Assembly (NCBI GenBank): GCA_038087875.1
Contig: CM075995.1
Location: 3,784,001 to 3,848,000 of the forward strand
DNA from: Malacoraja senta
Taxonomy: Eukaryota
Direction of reading: 5' to 3'
Length of the DNA stretch: 64,000 nt
Position 1 is the first letter of the stretch. Each line of letters opens with the position of its first letter. The notes under the pieces are model-generated. The model had not been told where the DNA came from. It worked only from the letters and a program-made list of their open reading frames with translations, and ran no database searches. Positions 26,612 through 39,042 of this stretch are shown here, piece by piece. The position numbers and the translations under genes were made by a program.

Positions 26612-29600
26612 ACCATATGACCATATAACAATTACAGCACGGAAACAAGCCATCTCGGCCCTTCTAGTCTGTGCCGAACACTTATTCTCACCTGGTCCCA
26701 TCTACCTGCACTCAGACCATAACCTTCCATTCCTTTCCCGTCCATATACCTATCCAATTTATTTTTAAATGATAAAATCAAACCTGCCTCTACCACTTCC
26801 ACTGAGAGCTCATTCCACACAGCTACCACTCTCTGAGTAAAGAAGTTCCCCCTCATGTTACCCCTAAACTTCTGTCCCTTAATTCTCAAATCATGTCCTC
26901 TTGTTTGAATCTTCCCTACTCTCAATGGAAAAAGCTTATCCACGTTAACTCTGTCTATCCCTCTCATCATTTTAAAGACCTCTATCAAGTCCCCCCTTAA
27001 CCTTCTGCGCTCCAAAGAATAAAGACCAAACTTGTTCAACCTATCTCTGTAACTTAGTTGCTGAAATCAAGGCAATATTCCAGTAAATCTCTTCTGTACT
27101 CTCTCTATTTTGTTGACATCTTTCCTATAATTTGGCGACCAAAACTGTACACCATACTCTAGAATTGGTCTCACCAATGCCTTGTACAATTTTAACATTA
27201 CATCCCAACTTCTATACTCAATGCTCTGATTTATAAAGGCCAGCGCACCAAAAGCTGTCTTTACCACCCTATCTACATGAGATTCCATGCACAGGAACTA
27301 TGCACAGTTATTCCTAGATCCCTCTGTTCAACTGCATTCATCAATTCGCTACCATTTACCATGTACGTCCTATTTTGATTTGTCCTGCCAAGATGTAGCA
27401 CCTCACACTTATCAACATTAAACTCCATCTGCCATCTTTCAGCCCACTCTTCCAAATGGCCTAAATCTCTCTGTAGACTTAGAAAATCTACTTCATTATC
27501 CACAACACCACATATCTTAGTATCATCTGCATACTTACTAATCAAATTTACCACACCATCGTCCAGATCATTGATGTATATGACAAACAACAGTGGACCC
27601 AACAAAGATCCCTGAGGCACCCCACTAGTCACCGGCCTCCAACCTGACAAACAGCCATCCACCATTACTCTCTGGCATCTCCCATTCAGCCACTGTTGAA
27701 TCCATCTTGCTACTCCACCATTAATACCCAACAATTGAACCTTCTTAACCAACCTTCCATGTGGAACCTTGTCAAAGGCCTTACTGAAGTCCATATAGAC
27801 AACATCCACTGCTTTACCCTCATCAATTTCCCTAGTGACCTCTTCAAAAAATTCAAGAAGATTAGTCAATCATGACCTTCCAGGCACAAATCCATGTTGA
27901 CTGTTCCTAATCAGACTCTGTTTATCCAGATGCTTATATATATTATCTCTAAGTATCCTTTCCATTAATTTGCCCACCACTGACGTCAAAGTAACAGGTC
28001 TATAATTGCTAGGTTTACTCTAAGCACCCTTTTTAAACAATGGAACAACATGCGCAGTACGCCAATCCTCCAGCACCATTCCCGTTTCTAATGACATTTG
28101 AATTATTTCTGTCATAGCCCCTGCTATTTCTACACTAACTTCCCTCAATGTCCTAGGGAATATCCTGTCAGGACCTGGAGACTTATCCACTTTTATATTT
28201 TTCAAAAGTGTCAGTACTTCCTCTTCTTTGAATCTCATAGTTTCCAAAGCTACTCTACTTGTTTCCCTTACCTCACATAATTCAATATCCTTCTCCTTGG
28301 TGAATACTGAAGAAAAGAAATTGTTCAATATCATCCCCATCACTTTTGGCTCTGCAGATAGCTGTCCACTCTGACTCTCTAATGGACCAATTTTATCCCT
28401 CGTTATCCTTTTGCTATTAATATAACTGTAGAAATATTGGATTTACTTTCACCTTACTTGCCAAAGCAACCTCATATCTTCTTTTAGCTTTTCTAATTTA
28501 TTTCTTAAGATTCTTTTTACATTCTTTATACTCCTCAAGCACCTCATTTACTCCATGCTGCCTATAATTATTGTAGATCTGTCTCTTTTTCCGAACCAAG
28601 TGTCCAATTTCCCTTGAAAACCATGGCTCTTTCCAATTATTACTATTTCCTTTCAACCGAACAGGGACATAAAGATTCTGTACTCTTAAAATTTCACCTT
28701 TAAATGTCCTCCATTTCTCTTCTACATCCTTCCCATAAAACAAAATGTCCCAATTCACTCCTTTTAAATCCTTTTGCATCTCCTCAAAGTTACCCTTACT
28801 CCAATCAAAAATCTCAACCCTTGGTCCAGTTCTGACCTTCTCCATAATTATATTGAAACTAATGGTATTGTGATCACTGGACCCGAAGTGGTTCCCAACA
28901 CATACCTCCGCTACCTGACCTGTCTCATTTCCTAACAGGAGGTCCAGCACTGCCCCTTCTCTAGTAGGTACCTCTATGTATTGCTGCAAAAAACTATCCT
29001 GCACACATTTTACAAACTCCAAACCATCCAGCCCTTTTACAGAATGTGTTTCCCAGTCTATGTGTGGAAAATTGAAATCTCCCACAATCACTACCTTGTG
29101 CTTACTACTAATATCTGCTATCTCCTTACATATTTGCTCTTCCAATTCTCGCTCCCCATTAGGCGGTCTATAATACACCCCTATAAGTGTTGCTACACCT
29201 TTCCTATTTCTCTGTTCCACCCAAATAGCCTTCCTAGACGAGCCCTCTAATCTATCCTGCCAAAGCACTGCTGTAATATCTTTCCTGACAAGCAATGCAA
29301 CACCTCCACCTCTTGCCCCTCCAATTCTATCACACCTGAAGCAACGAAATCCTGGAATATTTAGTTTCCAATCACAGCCATCCATAGAACATAGAAACAT
29401 AGAAAATAGGTGCAGTTGGAGGCCATTCGGCCCTTCGAGCCAGCACCGCCATTCATTGTGATCATGGCTGATCGTCCCCTTTCAATAACCCGTGCCTGCC
29501 TTCTCCCCATATCCCTTGACTCCACTAGCCCCTAGAGCTCTATCTAACTCTCTCTTAAATCCATCCAGTGATTTGGCCTCCACTGCCCTCTGTGGCAGGG

Positions 29601-30105
29601 ATTCCATAAATTCACAACTCTCTGGGTGAAAACGTTTTTTCTCACCTAAGTCTTAAATGCTGCAACCATGTTTCACGAATCTCCACAACATCATACTTCC
29701 ACGTGTCAATCCAGGCTCTAAGCTCATCCACCTTTCTTACAATGCTCCTAGCATTAAAATATACACATTTAAGAAACCCACCACCTCTTATTCTCTGTTT
29801 ATTAACTTTTTCTTCTTTCTCCCCTACATGTTGGGTCTGAGTGCTTCCCTTCTCTGCCTCCTGCCTCACACACTGTCCACTAGCTTTCTCTATTTGAGTC
29901 CCTCCCCCCAACCGTTCTAATTTAAAGTCTCCCCAGTAGCCTTTGCAAATCTCCCCGCCAGGATATTGGTCCCCCTCGGGTTCAAGTGCAACCCGTCCTT
30001 TTTGTACAGGTCACACCTTCCCCAAAAGAGGTCCCAATGATCCAGAAACTTGAATCCCTGCCCACTGCACCAGTCCTTCAGCCACGCATTTATCCTCCAC
30101 CTCAT
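26612..30105 (-). mobile_element. CR1 LINE, second subfamily: ORF1 esterase C-terminus plus frameshifted ORF2; CR1 tail nested at ~29385-29658
   Basis: ORF1 FLDHWDLFWGRCDLYKKDGLHLN (29917-30144); EN VYFNARS, YYRPP, GDFN, SDH; RT GVPQGS..YADD (27273-27869); (accatat)n tail. Confidence 0.93.
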
Positions 30106-30432
30106 TTGTGACATAGAAAGTGATTGGAGAATGCTGACAGACAAGATGGACTGAGAACTCCATTGGCCTCTTGCAAATTGTCCTTCTGGTTGACCGGTTG
30201 CTTTAGTAGCGTCCCATGTCCCAGGTACACTCTTGGTTTTGTGCGCTATCCAGGCAAATCATACCGTACATCACGAACATGCAAAAGAGAAAATAAACGG
30301 AGTGCAGAATATAGTGATGGAACGACCATGAAAGTACATATACAAATAAGTGCAAAGCTCTCTGTGAGGTTGATTGGAAGATTGGGAATTCGTCCTTAGC
30401 ACATGCGAGATCCGTTCAAGAGTCTTATAACA

Positions 30433-31543
30433 GTATTGATGTGGATAGAGAACTGGCTGGCAAACAGGAAGCAAAGAGTAGGAGTAAACGGGTCCTTTTC
30501 ACAATGGCAGGCAGTGACTAGCGGGGTACCGCAAGGCTCAGTGCTGGGACCCCAGCTATTTACAATATATATTAATGACCTGGATGAGGGAATTGAAGGC
30601 AATATCTCCAAGTTTGCGGATGACACTAAGCTGGGGGGCAGTGTTAGCTGTGAGGAGGATGCTAGGAGACTGCAAGGTGACTTGGATAGGCTGGGTGAGT
30701 GGGCAAATGTTTGGCAGATGCAGTATAATGTGGATAAATGTGAGGTTATCCATTTTGGTGGCAAAAACAGGAAAGCAGACTATTATCTAAATGGTGGCCG
30801 ACTAGGAACAGGGGAGATGCAGCGAGACCTGGGTGTCATGGTACACCAGTCATTGAAAGTAGGCATGCAGGTGCAGCAGGCAGTGAAGAAAGCGAATGGT
30901 ATGTTAGCTTTCATAGCAAAAGGATTTGAGTATAGGAGCAGGGAGGTTCTACTGCAGTTGTACAGGGTCTTGGTGAGACCACACCTGGAGTATTGCGTAC
31001 AGTTTTGGTCTCCAAATCTGAGGAAGGACATTATTGCCATAGAGGGAGTGCAGAGAAGGTTCACCAGACTGATTCCTGGGATGTCAGGACTGTCTTATGA
31101 AGAAAGACTGGATAGACTTGGTTTATACTCTCTAGAATTTAGGAGATTGAGAGGGGATCTTATAGAAACTTACAAAATTCTTAAGGGGTTGGACAGGCTA
31201 GATGCAGGAAGATTGCTCCCGATGTTGGGGAAGTCCAGGACAAGGGGTCACAGCTTAAGGATAAGGGGGAAATCCTTTAAAACCGAGATGAGAAGAACTT
31301 TTTTCACACAGAGAGTGGTGAATCTCTGGAACTCTCTGCCACAGAGGGTAGTCGAGGCCAGTTCATTGGCTATATTTAAGAGGGAGTTAGATGTGGCCCT
31401 TGTGGCTAAAGGGATCAGAGGGTATGGAGAGAAGGCAGGTACGGGATACTGAGTTGGATGATCAGCCATGATCATATTGAATGACGGTGCAGGCTCGAAG
31501 GGCCGAATGGCCTACTCCTGCACCTAATTTCTATGTTTCTATG
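30433..31543 (+). mobile_element. Young 5'-truncated CR1 LINE with 5-bp TSD
   Basis: Open ORF 30403-31452 (GVPQGS, FADD); taaca at 30428-30432 and 31544-31548; (ttctatgt)n tail. Confidence 0.95.
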
Positions 31544-31784
31544 TAACAATGGGGGATGAAACTGCTCCTGAATTTGGTGGTGCGAGCTCTCAGGCTTTTG
31601 TACGTTCTGCCTAATGAGAGAGATGAGGAGAGAACAGGGTGTGAGTGGTCCTTGATTATGTAGGCTGCTTTCCTGACATATATAAGCATAAATTGAGTCA
31701 ATAGGGGGAGGTTGATTTGTATGATGGATTGAGCTATGTTTACAATTCTCTCTAATTTGTTGTGGTCTTGGGCAGAGCAGTTTT

Positions 31785-32099
31785 TTGTTTTGTTTTTAGT
31801 TTAGAGATACAGTGCGGAAACAGGCCCTTCGGCTCACCGAGTCCACACCAACCTGTGATACCCGCACATTAACAATATCCTACACCAGGGACAATTTACA
31901 CATACACCAAGCCAATTAACCTGCAAACCTGTACGTCTTTGGAGTGTGGGAGGAAATCGAAATTCTCGGAGAAAACCCATGTGGTCACGGGGGGGAAAAC
32001 TCTGTACAGACAAGCACCCGTAGCCAGGACCAAACCTGGGTCTCTGGCACTGTAAGCGCTGTAAGGCAGCAACTCTAGCGCTGCACCACCATGCCACCC
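31785..32099 (-). mobile_element. HE1-type SINE
   Basis: Consensus match. Confidence 0.85.
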
Positions 32100-32760
32100 A
32101 GTTGCCATACCAAGCTGAGATGCATACTGACAGGATACTTTCTATGGTCCAACTGTCTATAGAAATTGGTAAGAATGATTAGAGACATGCAAAATGTATC
32201 TAGTTTTCTGATGAATTAAAGGGATTGGTGTACTTTCTTGACCATTACATCAATGTGGTTGGACCAGGACAGGTTGTTGGTGATATATTTATGCAGAGGA
32301 ATTGAATCTTTCAACCATCTCCACTTCAGCACCGTTGATGCAGTAAGGGCCGTGTACTTCACCTCTGAGTTTGATAATTAGCTCCTTTGTATTGCTGACA
32401 TTGAAGGATATGTTGTTATCTTTACACCATGCTACTAAGCTCTCAATCGCCTTCCTGCACTCCATCTTATCATTGTTTGAGATCCGACCTTTTGCGTAGG
32501 TATTATCCACAGGCTTGTAAATGGGGTTAGCGTAGAATCTGGCCACACAGTCATGAGTGTGTAGAGTTTTTTGTAAGGGCCCTTTGATTAATTTAATTAG
32601 TATGGGGGTCACGGGTCATGAGGAGAAGGCAGGAGAATAGGGTTGAGAGGGAAAGATAGATCAGCCATGATTGAATGTCGGAGTAGACGTGATGGGCCGA
32701 ATGGCCCAATTCTGCTCCTATAACTTATGAACTTATGAACGCAGTCTTGTGAGGCACCAG

Positions 32761-33066
32761 TGTTTACTTTAGTTTATTTTAGAGACACAATGCGGAAACA
32801 AGCCCTTCGACCAACCGTCCATGCTGACCCGCGATCATCTGGTACACTAGCACTATCCTACATAATAGGCACAAATTACAATCTTTACAGAAGCCAATCA
32901 ATCTACAAACCTGTACGTCTTTAGAGTGTGGGATGAAACCAGAGCACCCAGAGAAAACCCACGCGGTCGTTGGGAGAACGTACAAACACCGCACAGGCAG
33001 CAGGCGTAGTCAGGATTGAACTCGGGTCTCTGGAGCTATAATGCAGCCACTCTACTGCTGCACCAA
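32761..33066 (-). mobile_element. HE1-type SINE
   Basis: Consensus match. Confidence 0.8.
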
Positions 33067-34582
33067 TTTTATGACTTATCTTGTAGGTTATTTTGTTGCC
33101 CATCCTTATCGATTGTGGTCTGTGGGTCAGAAAGTCAAGTGTTCTGGATATTTAGTTTCAGTTCCTGGAAACCAGAACTAACCTGAATCCAAATGATTTA
33201 CGAGCAAAAATTTGTTTGCAAATGTGTTGATCCTCTAACATCCTATTTTTGGATACTCCCACACAATGTTTTGTGTTATGCATCATGTGCATGTATGTAA
33301 CAAAGTTGGCATTGCCTTCATAATGAATTACTATGAATGTATGTAGAAATGTTAGGGGTAATAGGGGTAATGTAAGTCTCGGAGAAGTGAATTGTGAATT
33401 GAACTCATTTGGATGAAGGGATTCAAAGTAACATTAGCAAATTTGCAGATGACACAAAGCTGGTTGGCAGTGTGAACTGTGAGGAGGATGCTATGAGAAT
33501 GCAGGGTGACTTGCACAGGTTAGGGGAGTGGGCAGATGCATGGCAGATGAAGTTTAATGCGGATAAATGTGAGGTTATCCACTTTGGTAGCAAAAACAGG
33601 AAGGCAGATTACTATCTAAATGGCATCAATTTGAGAAAAGGGGAAGTACAACGGGATCTGGGGGTCCTTGTACATCAGTCTATGAAAGTAAGCATGCAGG
33701 TACAGCAGGCAGTGAAGAAAACAAATGGCATGTTGGCCTTTATAACGAGAGGAATCGAATATAGGAGCAAAGAGGTCCTTCTGCAGTTGTACAGAGCCCT
33801 AGTGAGACCACACCAGGAATATTGTGTGCAGTTTTGGTCCCCTAATTTGAGGAAGGACATTCTTGCTATTGAGGGAGTGCAGCGTAGGTTTACAAGGTTA
33901 ATTCCCGGGATGGCGGGACTGTCATATGCTGAGAGAATGGAGCAGCTGGGCTTGTACACTCTGGAGTTTAGAAGGATGAGAGGGATTTTACTTCGGAGTC
34001 ACGTGAGTGACTACGTGAAGAAGACCCATCAGGGCGCATGTGCGTCATTACGTCTGACGCATTGGCGCGAACGGCAGCAGGAGGACGGAACTCCTCCTGC
34101 AGGTGAGTAATTACAGCTACACCAAAGTCGGGGAGACTTTGGAGGAGTTAGGAAAAAGTAAAAAATTGTTGCTGTATGTTTTTTCCACAAATACAGGAAC
34201 AACTAAAAAATCATCAAGGAGAGAGAGAGCTGCGGGAGCGCAGTCTCTGAAAGGCAGCCTGTCACCTCGGGGGAGTCGCAAGCCGGTAGCGGTGCGGCGA
34301 CAGACTTCGGAAAGTGCCCAGCCGGGTACACAGCAAATGCCAGTCGGGCGGTATGCATAACCCAAGTCTGTAAGGGCTATAGACTCCGCAGAGTCGGGCC
34401 ACGAGAGTCCCGTCGGGGACAGGATACCGTTCCAGGAGGAGGTGCAGGCGGGAAGCCATAGGGAAGGCTCCGCTGGCAGTGCCTAGGAGAGGTTCTGCTT
34501 CACAAAGCCACACTCCAGGAGGAGTTGTGAGGGAGGGAGGCCGTGGGGACGGCTCCGCCGGCAGTGCCTGGTAGAGGCCTGC

Positions 34583-35137
34583 TTGAAAGCACCCTCTTTG
34601 CAAGAGGTGAGTGCAGAAGGGCAGATACGCTCTGACCCTGAGTCCGACGACGACTTCCAAAAGGAGGGCATGCAGCGGCCAGAGCTGACACCATGTGCAG
34701 CATGGTTTGCCATGTCGTCGGACGCTGGTGAGTCTCTGGGTGAGGAACTTGCCACCAGCATAAATAACCAAGTCTCACATCAGCTACAGGAGCTGACAAT
34801 GGATGAGACAGTAAGGAAGCAAGATGGGCATACAAATGAGAGCCCAGGAGGAGGTGAAGCTCCAGCATATTTTAAAGTTGCTGACATCTGGCATAACGAG
34901 CTTTGCCAGGATGGTGGATGGAGAGGACATGACGAACTTACAACAAAAGGTGTGGTGCTATTGTGGATTGCCCACTTTGATATCAACTGCCTCCGCAAGA
35001 CTGCGTTTAGACCAACCATCAATCCTAAATATGCTTCACTCTGCCAGCCTGGCACAGGGCAACCGGCAAATCTGTTTGGCGAGGATTTCGCAAAGCAGGT
35101 GAAGGAGCTGGAGGAGAGTATCCCTATAAGCGAGTAG
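34583..35137 (+). pseudogene. DIRS gag-like ORF1 remnant
   Basis: Position upstream of RT; LRKTAFRPTINPKYASLC...LFGEDFAK resembles DIRS ORF1 C-termini. Confidence 0.55.
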
Positions 35138-35380
35138 ACTGGTCCGGGCAACGGACGAGTCCAGCTACGATGCAGCGCAGTTGGCTTTCGGCTGTAGCAG
35201 CGCCAGGGAAGGTGAGATATCCAGCTCGGGGCCGGGGAAGAATGCCAGGTGGTAAGGAGGTAAGTGGGTCTGGTTCTCATGTAGACAGATCTAATGTGAT
35301 ACCTCAGATATGTTTATACTGAAGGTTATTGAAGGGTTTGGAATAAAGCTTAATGCAAATTCTGATTTACCCATGCAAAC

Positions 35381-36720
35381 ATGTTCCAAAAAAGGAGTTT
35401 GACCAGTATCACTGAACAATTGGAAGTTCAGGTGCAACTTGCAAGCTTATGTAATAAAGGTGTAATTGCTCAGGCAGTTTACCAAAGCCATCAGTTGGTG
35501 TCCAATATCTTTCCCAGACCAAAAAAGGATGGGGGATGCAGAATTATACTGGACCTGAATAGTCTTAAACCTTTTTGTACGGTATAGACATTTTAAGATG
35601 GAAACGTTTGAGGAGATCTTAAAGATCCGGATTCAGTGTCTGTTCATTTGCAGGATAGAAGATTTAAAATTCAGCTGGATGGGGCAATTATGGCAATACA
35701 ATCCACTGCCTAATCGTTTGTCTTCAGCTCCTAGGGAGATTACAAAGTTGTTAAAACCTATTCTAGGCATGATGAGAAGTCAAGGGCATGTGTTCATGGC
35801 TTATCGAGATAATATCTTGATTGTAGGACAATCAAAGGAAACAGCTGAAGCATCAGTGGCAGTTGGTAAAAAACACTTTTTTAACAATTGGGCTTCATAA
35901 GCTATCCAGAGAAATCTAAATTAATACCTGTGACACAAATTGACTAGTTGGGTTCACAATAGACTTAACAAACATGATTGTGTCCTTGCCCAGTCAAAAA
36001 AAAAGGTAGAGCTAATTAAGAGCTGTATCAAGTTAATTGCTGACACACAGCCTTCAATTAGCCAGGTGACGAGTCTGCTGGTGAAATTGATGGCAGCAGT
36101 TCAATAGTGGCCACTAGTAGTCCCAAAGTGTTATTGGACCAAGCTTCCATGATTTTGCAGACAGATGTCAGAGCACTTGGGTAGGGTGCTACTGATAGAA
36201 GATCCGGCTGTGGAGACAGATGGACATTGCTTCTGCAAACATGGGGAATTAACCAAGAGTATTTTATGGACTCAAGGCTTATGGCACTAACTAAACTAGT
36301 TTGCATGTGCAGTGCAAAATAGACAACACTACAGCAGTTGCTGATATGAATCACATGGGTGGAATCAAATCGTTATCATGTGACAGGTTGGCAAATAAAA
36401 TTGGACCTGGAGTATGGATAGAGATATTTGGATTGGAGCTAGCTATCTGCCAGGGAAACTTAATGTAGTACCACATGGCAGCTCACGAAAATTCCGTCAT
36501 AATACAGAGTGGATGTGGAACCAGGATGTGTTCAAGAACATAGTACTTCTATATGGAAGGCCAAAATATGTTTCATGGGCACCAGATCCAGGGGCAGTGG
36601 CAATTGATGCTTTTTCACTAAATTGGGATGATATGTTTGTGTACATTTTCCCACCATTCTGCCTCATAGGTCGGTGTTTGAGAAAATCAAGCAGGATGCC
36701 GCTTCAGGGGTTTTGGTGAT
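35381..36720 (+). pseudogene. DIRS pol remnant: RT, RNase H and methyltransferase-like domain
   Basis: SNIFPRPKKDGGCRIILDL; LPNRLSSAPR; AYRDN (degenerate YxDD); QTDV..G*GA, DNTTAVA..N..GG, YLPG.LN (RNaseH); DAFSLNW...YIFPPF (MT-like); stops and frameshifts. Confidence 0.85.
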
Positions 36721-36854
36721 ACCAAATTGCCCTATTCAACCATGGTTCCCTTTGATGTTACAGATAGCGATCCAACTTCCTTTTGCTGATTCCAAACAGT
36801 AGGAATTTGCTGGAGCATCCAGTAACGCATTAAGTTCATCCGTTATGTGATGGT

Positions 36855-37858
36855 ATGGATCTGTTAGTTTGCAGGTTTTTAAGAATGCCTTACATTGGTC
36901 GAGGACTTTCTAGGCCAATGGTGGATATACTCACTGCAGCCTGGAGAAAGAGTACTCAAAAGCAGTATATGACTTATGTAAAAAAATGGGAACAATATGC
37001 TGTTCAAAAGAATATTCAATGTGATACTGTAGTTATTGAAAATGTGTTAGAGTTTATCTACACTATATTATGATGAGGGTCTTAGCTATACTGCTATCAA
37101 TACAGCTAGAAGTGCTTTGTCGGCATATCTTGTAATAGGTACAAGGACACAAAGTATAGGTTCTCACCCTCTCATATCTAGGTTGATGAAAGGAATCTTT
37201 AATTCAAAACCGCCTAAGCCGAGGTATATGGTAATCTGCGATGTAAGCGTTGTTCTTAACATACTTCGTCATTGGGTCCCTGTTACGTCTATAACTTTGT
37301 TAAAATTAACCATGAAATTGGCTATGTTAATGGCATTGGTGTCAGTACAGAGAGTGCAGACTTTGCAAAAACTTGAGTTAGATAGAATGGAAGTGAATAC
37401 AGAGAATGTTCTGTTTTATATTTATGACCGGCTCAAACAAAGCAGGCCAGGTGTGACAGGATTTAAGATTGTGTTCTCAGCATATCCTACAGCTCCATGT
37501 TTATGTGTAAGGACACATTTGTTACATTACATTGAAGCCACAAGGGCTTTAAGACAAGAAGAAACAGGATTATTTGTCAGTTACAAGAAGCCAACATAAA
37601 AGAGTGGCAGTTCAGACTATCTCAAGGTGGTTAAAGCAAGACTTGGTTCAGGCAGGAATTAACATTTATGTGTTTACATCACATTCCACTAGCGCAGTAG
37701 CAACATCCGCGGCCAGGGTGATGGATGTTCCCATCGACCATATATTAAAAGCCGCAGGTTGGAAAAATGAACTTGTGTTTCAGCAATACTACCATCGGCC
37801 GATTGCCGATGGAGGGCTGTTTGCCAACTCAATATTGAGTGCTGTTGCTATTGTTTAA
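36855..37858 (+). pseudogene. DIRS tyrosine recombinase (one stop, one frameshift)
   Basis: WRKSTQKQY..W N-terminal domain; LALVSVQR (Arg), LKQSR (Lys), HSTS (HxxR with Arg lost), AAGW, FQQYY (Tyr). Confidence 0.88.
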
Positions 37859-38070
37859 AGTCTGTTTTCAATACTGTTTAATTCTGTTTCGTTTGTTGCC
37901 CCTACATTAAGAGGGTTTATTGGTTGTTTTATGAGCAAAAATAAAACTGTTTTGGTTTTGCATGATATGCAATGTCATGTTTGCAGCATTATTGATGATA
38001 CTCAGAGTCAATCGATGCAGTGAGAAGCCGGGATTTTGATCTGCGGCATAAAAATCACAGAGCTTTAAAA

Positions 38071-38182
38071 TCTTCACGTAGTCACTCACGTGACTCTGAA
38101 GTAAAATAGTAAGATTAAACGAGAACTTACCAGTTTGAAGTTTGATCTTTATTTTATGAGGAGTTACGTTGGTGATTACGTG
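38071..38182. repeat. DIRS internal complementary region (ICR)
   Basis: 38071-38106 is the reverse complement of 33986-34021 (1 mismatch); 38107-38182 is the reverse complement of 38335-38410 (1 mismatch). Confidence 0.92.
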
Positions 38183-39042
38183 CCCGCCACGCCCAACCCT
38201 CTCTCATAGAAAAAAGGTCATAATGGTAGTTCTCATGTTGATCATCTTAATATGTTACTTCAATTATGGTGTTGTCTGTGATTTCATACCGCTGCTTTGA
38301 AGATTGACGCGCATGCGCCCTGATGGGTCTTCTTCACGTAATCACCAACGTAACTCCTCATAAAATAAAGATCAAACTTCAAACTGGTAAATTCTCGTTT
38401 AATCTTACTAATCTCATTGAAACATATAAGATTGTTAAGGGCTTGGACACGCTCGAGGCAGGAAACATGTTCCCGATGTTGGGGGAGTCCAGAACCAGGG
38501 GCCACAGTTTAAGAATAAGGAGTAAGCCATTTAGAACGGAGACGAGGAAACACTTTTTCTCACAGAGAGTGGTGAGTCTGTGGAATTCTCTGCCTCAGAG
38601 GGCAGTGGAAGAAGGTTCTCTAGAATGCTTTCAAGAGAGAGCTAGATAGTACTCTTAAAAATAGCAGAGTCAGGGGATATGGGGAGAAGGCAGGAACGGG
38701 GTACTGATTGGGCATGATCAGCCATGATCACATTGAATGGCAGTGCTGGCTCGAAGGGCCAAATGGCCTACTCTTGCACCTATTGTCTATTGTCTATTGT
38801 CTACTGAACCAATTCAGCATATTAAGGTTGTACTGCCACTCATTTGAATTAGAACGAAACTGGAGCTACATCACCACAAAAGAATTGAAAAGTATTTTGG
38901 TTAGTTTTGTTTAGTTTATTATCACGCGTACCGAGTGTACAGGGAAAAGCTTTTTGTTGCGTGCTAACTAATCAGCGGAAAGCCTATACATGATTACACA
39001 TGTAGGAAGGAACTACAGATGCTGGTTTAAAACAAAGATAGA

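Larger units (their letters stand above)
30240..32575 (-). mobile_element. Rex1/Babar LINE fragment split by CR1 (30433-31543) and SINE (31785-32099)
   Basis: ORF 32289-32612 RISNND...LVAWCKDNN.SFNVSNTKELII, typical of the Rex1/Babar RT region. Confidence 0.7.
33986..38410 (+). mobile_element. DIRS1-like tyrosine-recombinase retrotransposon, full-length, degenerate
   Basis: Left ITR 33986-34047, right ITR 38305-38410, ICR 38071-38182; RT, RNaseH, MT and YR remnants; no TSD. Confidence 0.93.
33409..38800 (+). mobile_element. 5'-truncated CR1 LINE (33409-33985 + 38411-38800) split by DIRS insertion
   Basis: ORF 33409 reads ..FADD..LEFRRMRG, then CR1 resumes as LIETYKIVKG at 38411; (ctattgt)n tail. 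Confidence 0.92.

Noticed and set aside
33409..34110. CR1-DIRS fusion protein
   Set aside because: Read-through of a 5'-truncated CR1 frame into the DIRS left ITR; no start context or sign of function.
36855..37858. Phage integrase or bacterial contamination
   Set aside because: The recombinase lies within DIRS ITR/ICR architecture after RT/RNaseH and is nested in a vertebrate CR1.
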